Shown here: positions 18,405-25,244 of the stretch, piece after piece
Layout of the letters: each line of letters opens with the position of its first letter
Position numbering within the stretch: position 1 is the first letter of the stretch
Source: Candidatus Coprosoma sp.
Lineage (GTDB): Bacteria; Bacillota_I; Bacilli_A; RF39; UBA660
DNA: 55,277 nucleotides
Direction: 5' to 3'
Assembly (NCBI GenBank): GCA_963928595.1
Contig: CAWVFK010000014.1
Location: 1-55,277 of the forward strand
The notes under the pieces: model-generated
Told to the model about the DNA's origin: nothing
The model's database searches: none
The model's input: only the letters and a program-made list of their open reading frames with translations
Position numbers and translations under genes: made by a program

Positions 18405-18974
18405 TTACGCAGCTTGTTCAGCTAATGTAGTAACTGTAATACTTGATGATGTTACAGTACCAACACTTTGAGCATTATTATCAAATTCAGCAGTTACAGT
18501 CATAGTAGCAGTTTCACCTTCGTTAATTGTAGTTGGAGATGGTGCAGTTACTGTAAAGATAATGTTACCTGTTTTTACAATTAAAGGATCTTCATTTTCG
18601 TCTGAACCTTCACCATTTAAACTAACAACTGGAGTGTTTAATCTGGCATTAATATTTCCATAGTTTTCAATAGTTAATGTAAATGTAACTTTATCACCTG
18701 GTTGAACTAAGTCTGCAGTGATAGTTGCATTTTGGTCATTGGTGTAGCTAACTTCTCCAGTTGGAGCTGTTGTGCCATTAGCCCCCATTTTGGGAGTGAC
18801 AACACCTGGTTCTCCAGTTGTTTTTGAAGTGTCAAAGCCTACATGCCAGTTTGAAGTGATTTCTGCACTACCATTGATTGTAAGCGTTTGAGCAAATGCG
18901 GCATAACCTACAGCCATAACAAATACTACTGCTAATAGTGCACCAATTAGAGCATTTTTGTGTTTTGCTTCCAT
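18405..18974 (-). CDS. TasA/CalY-like SipW substrate, array copy 2
   Basis: GYAAFAQTLTINGSAEI; QPGDKVTFTLTIENYGN; GGAGG RBS. Confidence 0.8.
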   Translation of the reverse strand: MEAKHKNALIGALLAVVFVMAVGYAAFAQTLTINGSAEITSNWHVGFDTSKTTGEPGVVTPKMGANGTTAPTGEVSYTNDQNATITADLVQPGDKVTFTLTIENYGNINARLNTPVVSLNGEGSDENEDPLIVKTGNIIFTVTAPSPTTINEGETATMTVTAEFDNNAQSVGTVTSSSITVTTLAEQAA

Positions 18975-18997
18975 CTTTTTCCCTCCTATTATATTCT

Positions 18998-19050
18998 AAG
19001 TAGTTACTCTACTCTATAATGATATTATCATATTTATAAAATCTTTTCAA
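18998..19050 (-). promoter_or_regulatory. Promoter and leader hairpin of array copy 2
   Basis: TTGAAA-17-TAATAT; GAGTAG-agtaa-CTACTT hairpin. Confidence 0.65.
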
Positions 19051-19106
19051 GAAAAAAATCTACAATATGCGATTAGAAAAACGTTAGAAGTATTTATTTC
19101 TAACGT

Positions 19107-19607
19107 TTATCCTTGAACATAAGTTAAATTCATAGTAACACTACTAGTTGTGCTTTCTGGCATCGTAGTATAAGAATTATTAAATGTTACAGTAATAGTA
19201 AAGGTTTGGGCTTCTCCAGCATCAATTACATCATTTTGGCTTATTCCGGAATAACTATATTGTATAGCATCGTTATTGGAATCAGTAAAAACAATTGAGT
19301 CTAATTTGGCATCTAGAGTTCCACCATTTTTAACTGTTACATCATAAGTAACACTACTACCAGGTGTAGTTAAGTTAGCATTAAATGTGGCACTTAAATG
19401 ATTATCGCCAACAGATGTACTGACATTTTCAGCACCTAATGTGGTATTGTTAACGGCGATATCTTCAATATGAACATCCCAAGTTGAACTAATTTCTGCA
19501 CTTCCATTAATTGTTAATTGTTGAGCGAAGGCGGCGTAACCTATAGCCATAATTAAAACTACTGCTAGTAAAACCATTATCACTGAAGATTTATGCATAT
19601 CTTCCAT
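19107..19607 (-). CDS. TasA/CalY-like SipW substrate, array copy 1
   Basis: GYAAFAQQLTINGSAEI; TPGSSVTYDVTVKNGGT; ends YVQG; own promoter TTGAAA-17-TATATT at 19632-19660. Confidence 0.8.
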   Translation of the reverse strand: MEDMHKSSVIMVLLAVVLIMAIGYAAFAQQLTINGSAEISSTWDVHIEDIAVNNTTLGAENVSTSVGDNHLSATFNANLTTPGSSVTYDVTVKNGGTLDAKLDSIVFTDSNNDAIQYSYSGISQNDVIDAGEAQTFTITVTFNNSYTTMPESTTSSVTMNLTYVQG

Positions 19608-19665
19608 ATTTCCATCTCCTATCTTGATATTAATATATCATAATTAGAAATTCTTTTCAACAAAT

Positions 19666-21351
19666 TTACATCGTTTTTGGAATATGAATTCCTAATAATT
19701 CTAGGAGTGTTTTTAAAATAACATTATTATAAGTTAAAATAATATCATAATCATTTTTGATTTGGCCTTCTAAGTTAGCCATATGATTTGTTTGATAGAA
19801 ATTATTGGCAATAACGGCTAAATCATATAAGTATCCAGCAATAATGTGTGGCCTTCTTTCTTTAGCAGCTTCATCAATGATTGAACTTACCTCTAGTAAT
19901 TTTAAACGTAAAGTTCTGTCTATATCATTATATATATTTTCGGATAGCTTACCATCATTAGAAGTTAATAATTTGTTAATTCTTAAATATGTATATAAAA
20001 TATATGGGCCCGTTTTACCATTAACTTCACTAAACTTTTTAATATCAAAAATATAGTTTCTAGTTAAATCATTTTGTAAATCGGCAAATTTTAAAATTGA
20101 AACAACAATTTTATCTAAATCTTTTTTATCCATATTTTGATTTTCTGGTCGTAAATTAATAAATTCTTGTTTGACTTCTTCAATCAAATCATCAAGTTTT
20201 AAAGCTCCACCGGTTCTAGTTTTAAATGGTTTGTTATCTTTTCCATTGACAGTACCATTACCGTAATGAACTAGTTTACCATCATAAATATGTGTCTTTT
20301 TAGCCGCTCTAAATACTTGAGTGAAGTACATGCTTTGACGAGCATCAACTACATAAATAATTTCATCTGGATTAAAATCTTTCTTTCTTTGCCAAATAGT
20401 ACCCAGATCTGACGTAGCATATAAATAAGCACCATCGCTTTTTTGAATCAAACAAGGTGGAATATCAACTTTATCTGTTTCTTCTTTAACATCGATAATT
20501 TTAGCTCCATTATCAATTCTAACACATGACTGTTTATCTAAATAATTCATCATTTCAGGAAATTGTTTATAAGCATCACTTTCACCATACCAATAATCAA
20601 AATGAACATCTAGATAATCATAAATCCTTTTAATATCATTTACTGAAAGATCATATATTTTTTTCCATAATATATGGTAGTTTGGATCTCCTTCTTGTAA
20701 TTTTTTAGTAATTTCAGCACATTCTTTACGAACGTCTTCATTTTCTTTACATAAAGCACTCATCTTAGGATAAGTAACATTCAAGTAATTTAAATCAAAT
20801 TCGATATCTTCATATTTAGTATTTGGAAAGTCATGAATAATTCCATAAATAACTTGTCCCATTTGGGCACCAATATCACCTAAATGGACATCGCCAATTG
20901 TTTTGTTTCCTTTAAATTTTAAAATATTATTAATGGCTTGTCCAATTATAGCAGTTCTTAAATGACCAACGTGAAGTGGTTTAGCGACATTTGGTCCACC
21001 GTAATCAATGATGATAGTTTCATTTTCGTTAGTAGCGCCTAATTTATCTTTTCTCATCAATTCTGCTAATGATTCGTTGATTAGTTTATCACTGACAATG
21101 ATATTGATAAAACCTGGTTTTGCAGCATTTACTTTTTTAAAATAATCAGAAAAATTATCATTTTCTTTTAATTTTTCTACTATCTCTTCGGCAATCATGA
21201 AAGGAGCTTTATGATAAGTTTTAGCTAATTTAAAAGCATCATCACATTGAAAGTCAACACCATCGATATTTGATTTAACAACTTTTGTTTCATAATCATA
21301 GTTTAATGATTTTAAAGTTTCATTTAAAATAGTTTCCAATTTAGTATTCAT
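19666..21351 (-). CDS. argS: Arginine--tRNA ligase
   Basis: IDYGGPNVAKPLHVGHLR (HIGH), FKTRTG, TGPYILYTYLRI. Confidence 0.95.
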   Translation of the reverse strand: MNTKLETILNETLKSLNYDYETKVVKSNIDGVDFQCDDAFKLAKTYHKAPFMIAEEIVEKLKENDNFSDYFKKVNAAKPGFINIIVSDKLINESLAELMRKDKLGATNENETIIIDYGGPNVAKPLHVGHLRTAIIGQAINNILKFKGNKTIGDVHLGDIGAQMGQVIYGIIHDFPNTKYEDIEFDLNYLNVTYPKMSALCKENEDVRKECAEITKKLQEGDPNYHILWKKIYDLSVNDIKRIYDYLDVHFDYWYGESDAYKQFPEMMNYLDKQSCVRIDNGAKIIDVKEETDKVDIPPCLIQKSDGAYLYATSDLGTIWQRKKDFNPDEIIYVVDARQSMYFTQVFRAAKKTHIYDGKLVHYGNGTVNGKDNKPFKTRTGGALKLDDLIEEVKQEFINLRPENQNMDKKDLDKIVVSILKFADLQNDLTRNYIFDIKKFSEVNGKTGPYILYTYLRINKLLTSNDGKLSENIYNDIDRTLRLKLLEVSSIIDEAAKERRPHIIAGYLYDLAVIANNFYQTNHMANLEGQIKNDYDIILTYNNVILKTLLELLGIHIPKTM

Positions 21352-21373
21352 ATTATTTCCTCCCTTTAATATA

Positions 21374-21575
21374 AAAATCCCTACAAAATAAGGACGAGTT
21401 ACCCCGCGGTGCCACCTTACTTCATAGAGATTCTATGCGACTTTAATCTTTAATGCAGATTATACAAACAGCTTATTCAAGGAACACGTTCATAAGGATA
21501 TATTACCAGGCTTCCACTCATCCCAGTTCACTATAAATACATTTAACTTATTACTATTTTCCTCATTGCCTTGCA
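21374..21575 (-). promoter_or_regulatory. T-box riboswitch leader, Arg (CGU) specifier
   Basis: AGUGA/GGAAGCC stem I elements; GAA-CGT specifier at 21486-21491; T-box AAGGTGGCACCGCG at 21405-21418; terminator hairpin with T run before argS. Confidence 0.92.
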
Positions 21576-21579
21576 TTTA

Positions 21580-21608
21580 ATTATATATAATTATAGTTTA
21601 TTTGTCAA
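21580..21608 (-). promoter_or_regulatory. Consensus sigma-A promoter of argS
   Basis: Perfect TTGACA-17-TATAAT immediately before the T-box leader. Confidence 0.85.
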
Positions 21609-21696
21609 ACTTTTTCAAAAAATCATGTTTGCTACTTAGTTAGTTATTATGATTATTATCAGCCAAGAGATTTTGTGTTTGATATAGCAACATAAA

Positions 21697-21718
21697 AGAA
21701 AAGTCCATGGACTTTTCT
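21697..21718. terminator. Perfect 22-bp palindrome, probable terminator of the small peptide genes
   Basis: AGAAAAGTCCATGGACTTTTCT, 4 nt after the stop codon at 21723. Confidence 0.7.
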
Positions 21719-21722
21719 CTTA

Positions 21723-21854
21723 TTAAAAGAATACAGACCCTAGTAAAATAGCTAATAAGATATATAGTACTAAAATAATTAAATAACTATTATTATTGCA
21801 TGGTCTTTCACAAGGTCTTTCACAAGGTCTTTCACAAGAATTATTACAAGACAT
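21723..21854 (-). CDS. YjcZ/SscA-like small membrane peptide with (CERP)3 repeat (43 aa, not in the ORF track)
   Basis: MSCNNSCERPCERPCERPCNNNSYLIILVLYILLAILLGSVFF; RBS AAAGGAG. Confidence 0.8.
   Translation of the reverse strand: MSCNNSCERPCERPCERPCNNNSYLIILVLYILLAILLGSVFF
21802..21837. repeat. Perfect 12-nt tandem repeat x3 encoding CERP
   Basis: ggtctttcacaa repeated three times, in frame. Confidence 0.95.
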
Positions 21855-21873
21855 AATTACTCCTTTCTAGGGC

Positions 21874-21957
21874 TTATAGATAAGCTCCAAGTATGATTAT
21901 TAAAAGAATAAATAATACTAATACGATTGCTGCTGAACTTGTTCCGGTATTACACAT
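21874..21957 (-). CDS. SscA/YjcZ-family small sporulation peptide (27 aa, not in the ORF track)
   Basis: MCNTGTSSAAIVLVLFILLIIILGAYL contains the LVLFILLII signature; RBS AAGGAGG. Confidence 0.82.
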   Translation of the reverse strand: MCNTGTSSAAIVLVLFILLIIILGAYL

Positions 21958-21988
21958 ATAAATCATCCTCCTTTTTACCTTTCACATT

Positions 21989-22016
21989 ATTTTATGGAAA
22001 AATTGAGTTTGTGTGA
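21989..22016 (-). promoter_or_regulatory. Putative sigma-K promoter
   Basis: AC-16-CATAAAAT fits the sigma-K consensus, upstream of the SscA-like genes. Confidence 0.5.
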
Positions 22017-22115
22017 TTACTTATAGGTAAAAATGAATAAAAATGTTGAATTTTAAAGGAATATCTGATATTATTTAATATGTATGAAAGCATACATATG
22101 AAAGGAAGAGTTTAC

Positions 22116-23114
22116 GTGAATAAGAAAAAAATATTTACCTTAGTTTTAGTTGTAACATTAATGCTTACTGGTTGTGGTAAGATAGCAACTTTAGAAAACG
22201 GCGAAGAAGTGGTCGCAAAATTAGATGGTAAGACAATTACTGCAGAAGATTTATATTCTGAACTAAAGAAACAAGGTGGTGCAGTTACTTTAACTAACAT
22301 GATTGATAATTTTATTGTCGGTAAAGAAATTAAAACTGATGATGATGCTAAATCTTATGCTGATTCACAATTAAATTCATACAAACAATCTTATCAAAGT
22401 TATGGTCAAGATTTTGGAGCTGCTTTAAAATCAGCTGGTTATGCCGACGAAGATGAGTTTAAAGAAGAATTAATTTTAGAGTATAAGAAAAAAGTCGTTA
22501 CTGAGAATTATGTTAAAGATGAAGTAATATCTGATAAAGATATTCAAAAATACTACGATGATAACATTTATGGTGATATTGAGGCTAGACATATTTTAAT
22601 CAGTCCAAATACTGATGACGATATGAGTGATGAAGAAAAAGAAAAAGCTGAAGAGAAAGCGAAAAAAGAAGCTGAAGATATTATTAAAAAACTTGATAAA
22701 GGTGAAGATTTTGCTGAACTTGCTAAAAAATATTCTGACGATGAAGGAACCGCTAAAGATGGTGGTAAACTTACAGTAACTTATGGCGCTGTTGTTGATG
22801 AGTTCTGGGATGCTACCAACAATTTAAAAGATGGTAAATATACTGAAGAACCAGTTAAATCAGATTATGGTTATCATGTTATTTACCGTATTAAGCAAAA
22901 AGAAAAGCCAAAATTAGATGATGTTAAAGATGAAGTTATTGATAAATTAGTTGAAGAAAAAATGAATGAAGATTCAACTTTACAAACTAAAGCACTAGTA
23001 GCTTTAAGAAAAAAATATAATTTAGATATAACTGATGATGGACTCAAAGAATCTTACGATAATTCTGTTAATACTGCACTAAGTAGTAACGCAAATCAAA
23101 ACAGTTCAAATTAA
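22116..23114 (+). CDS. prsA: Foldase PrsA (parvulin PPIase lipoprotein)
   Basis: Lipobox LTGC, ARHILI, FAELAKKYSDD, YGYHVI; probable GTG start at 22116. Confidence 0.92.
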   Translation: MNKKKIFTLVLVVTLMLTGCGKIATLENGEEVVAKLDGKTITAEDLYSELKKQGGAVTLTNMIDNFIVGKEIKTDDDAKSYADSQLNSYKQSYQSYGQDFGAALKSAGYADEDEFKEELILEYKKKVVTENYVKDEVISDKDIQKYYDDNIYGDIEARHILISPNTDDDMSDEEKEKAEEKAKKEAEDIIKKLDKGEDFAELAKKYSDDEGTAKDGGKLTVTYGAVVDEFWDATNNLKDGKYTEEPVKSDYGYHVIYRIKQKEKPKLDDVKDEVIDKLVEEKMNEDSTLQTKALVALRKKYNLDITDDGLKESYDNSVNTALSSNANQNSSN

Positions 23115-23879
23115 TGAACTGTTTTTTTCTATGAAATTATTTATCTCTTCAGAAGTAAAACCTTTGGAATATAGTTTTTGTTTTAATTTACTATATAAAG
23201 CATAGCCTTCATATTTAGTTTTTAATTTATTATATATTTTTTCCATTTCTTTTTCTAATTTACTATTGTCCAGTTTAACATTTTCCAAATGATTAGCTAT
23301 ATCTTCTCTACTATAACCAAGGTTTGATAAATATAAGGATGTTTTTTGTTTAAAAACATAAGTTGTGTCTTTGGTATTACTTTTGATTTTTTTATTAATT
23401 ATTTTATCCAATTTACTATCAATTAAATCCTGGGTAAAATTAGATAAGGCTTTTTCAATACATGTACTGTCAATTTGATGCTCTTCTAATTCTTTTCTTA
23501 TTTTATAGGGACCTTCTAGTGTTAAGTTTATCTTGTCATTAGTATAACTTTCGGAAAACACCTCATCATTTATAAGTCCTATTTCTTTTAAGGTATCAAC
23601 TATTTTATCGATGTCGTTTTTAGAAACTTCATTTTTATTTAAAGTTTTTCTTATTTCATGTTCACTACGAATTTTGCGGCTGATCATTTTTAAAATTTTA
23701 TTATAGTTTTCATAGTATTTAGTATCTTCTTTTATTTGATCTAATTCTTTTTGAGTTAATTTTTTTTCATATAAAAGATTGTGATTTATAATTACATGAT
23801 CACTAGTGGTTATGACTTCATCATTATCTAAAATAATTTTATATTTAGGGCCGACTTTTTTGATATTTTTTATTTTCAT
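23106..23879 (-). CDS. recX: Regulatory protein RecX
   Basis: RSEHEIRKTL, GPYKIRKEL and KQKLYSKGF helical repeats. Confidence 0.85.
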   Translation of the reverse strand: MKIKNIKKVGPKYKIILDNDEVITTSDHVIINHNLLYEKKLTQKELDQIKEDTKYYENYNKILKMISRKIRSEHEIRKTLNKNEVSKNDIDKIVDTLKEIGLINDEVFSESYTNDKINLTLEGPYKIRKELEEHQIDSTCIEKALSNFTQDLIDSKLDKIINKKIKSNTKDTTYVFKQKTSLYLSNLGYSREDIANHLENVKLDNSKLEKEMEKIYNKLKTKYEGYALYSKLKQKLYSKGFTSEEINNFIEKNSSLI

Positions 23880-23953
23880 TTTATCACCAATATAATTATA
23901 TATGCAAACATTTGTTTTTGTAAATAAAAAAAGAAAAATTTTATGAACTTTTC

Positions 23954-24175
23954 CTATTTAATTAAAATATTTTTAGTGTCACTTACTCTTAGAGCCATAA
24001 CCGTGTTTTTTATTTTATAAGCTCGCATATTATCGCCAAAGTTCTTTAATAGTAATTTTACTTTTTCACCTTTAACAAAACCTATATCCATGAGTCTTTT
24101 TTTAATATTTATATCAGTATTTACAGATATAATAGTACTTTCTTCATTAATTTTTAATTCATTTAAACTTTTCAT
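23954..24175 (-). CDS. feoA: FeoA domain protein
   Basis: KRLMDIGFVKGEKV...IKNTVMALR FeoA pattern; no feoB adjacent. Confidence 0.85.
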   Translation of the reverse strand: MKSLNELKINEESTIISVNTDINIKKRLMDIGFVKGEKVKLLLKNFGDNMRAYKIKNTVMALRVSDTKNILIK

Positions 24176-24208
24176 ATTATATTATATGTTTATAACTAGA
24201 ATATGTCT

Positions 24209-24238
24209 GTATAATTAATATAATTTAAGCACATAATA
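24209..24238 (+). promoter_or_regulatory. Sigma-G promoter of sspI
   Basis: GTATA-18-CATAATA is an exact fit to the forespore sigma-G consensus. Confidence 0.75.
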
Positions 24239-24251
24239 AATTTGAAAGGAA

Positions 24252-24467
24252 ATGGTGATAATGAATATAAGTATTAAACAGCACATTATGAATAATTTTA
24301 AAGGGGCTAGTAAAGATGACATTAAAGATTCAATCATTTCTTCTTTTAACGATAAAGATGAAATTACTTTGCCTGGTTTAGGAGTGTTTTTTGGATTAGT
24401 ATGGAGTAAGAGTTCAGATGATGAAAAAAATAAAATTTTAGATATTTTAAAGGATAGCCTTAGTTAG
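24252..24467 (+). CDS. sspI: Small acid-soluble spore protein SspI
   Basis: LPGLGVFFGLVW matches the SspI LPGLGVLFE motif; sigma-G promoter upstream. Confidence 0.85.
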   Translation: MVIMNISIKQHIMNNFKGASKDDIKDSIISSFNDKDEITLPGLGVFFGLVWSKSSDDEKNKILDILKDSLS

Positions 24468-24476
24468 CTATCCTTT

Positions 24477-25190
24477 TTAATTTTGACTTATAAATGTAGG
24501 TTTTGAAAATTCATTGCCTGTAAAGGTTACTTGATATGTTGACCCGGCTAAAATCTGGTTAGAACTATCAGTCATTTGAGCTTGGAATGTGAAATTAGTA
24601 GCTGTAAAGTTAAAGCTATTTGGATTGATAGTGGTTGAACTTAATACTTGATTAAGTATTGGATCAGTTATTTCTGAAGAGTCTAATGTTTCTTTTAAAT
24701 CATAGACTTTAGTTGAATCGCTAGCAAATACTAGAACATTAGATTCATTATTATTGTTATCTAATATGAATAATTTATCATCAAAGACACCAAATTTAAT
24801 ATTAGTAACATTATTAACTATAGTTGTAGCTCTTCTATCATTCACATATATACCGGCTTTATTATCATCTTCTTGGTCAGTATAAATAATAGAAACATTT
24901 AGAGTTTGTCCACCTAGTGAAAGACCAGTTACATTATAACGGCTATAGCCATTTTTACATCTAGGTCCTGTTAAGGCATTATATTCATCTAAAGTAAAAT
25001 TAAAAGTACATTCTTCTGATATATTTGGAAATGGATTGACATCAACGGTTGGCGTATTATTAGCAGAAGAACTATGATTTTCTTCTTTTTCATTACTATT
25101 TAAAATAACAAGTGTTAATGCGACAATTAATCCAATGACTAAAAGCATTAAAACATATACTAAAATTACTTTACTTTTTTCCCCTTTCAT
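24477..25190 (-). CDS. Membrane-anchored extracellular protein of unknown function
   Basis: N-terminal TM helix, Ser/Asn linker, beta-rich ectodomain with two Cys. Confidence 0.7.
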   Translation of the reverse strand: MKGEKSKVILVYVLMLLVIGLIVALTLVILNSNEKEENHSSSANNTPTVDVNPFPNISEECTFNFTLDEYNALTGPRCKNGYSRYNVTGLSLGGQTLNVSIIYTDQEDDNKAGIYVNDRRATTIVNNVTNIKFGVFDDKLFILDNNNNESNVLVFASDSTKVYDLKETLDSSEITDPILNQVLSSTTINPNSFNFTATNFTFQAQMTDSSNQILAGSTYQVTFTGNEFSKPTFISQN

Positions 25191-25244
25191 CTTCTATTCA
25201 CCTCTATTATTAGAATAACATATTTTGGATTAAAAATAAATATG

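Larger units (their letters stand above)
17495..18965. repeat. Near-identical 5' cassettes shared among array genes
   Basis: 17495-17541 is identical to 18165-18211 (47/47 nt); 17524-17601 matches 18888-18965 at 77/78 nt. Confidence 0.9.

Noticed and set aside
17053-18974. Array genes as silent pilS-like storage cassettes
   Set aside because: Each copy has an intact start, RBS and its own promoter match, so all appear expressible
21620-21696. Imperfect long hairpin and 17-codon ORF downstream of the small hydrophobic peptides (type I toxin-antitoxin idea)
   Set aside because: No convincing antisense promoter or complementarity to the peptide mRNAs; the SscA/YjcZ signature explains the peptides better
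21802-21837. Short direct repeats as a possible CRISPR array
   Set aside because: Only 12-nt units with no spacers, in frame within a peptide gene, and no cas genes nearby
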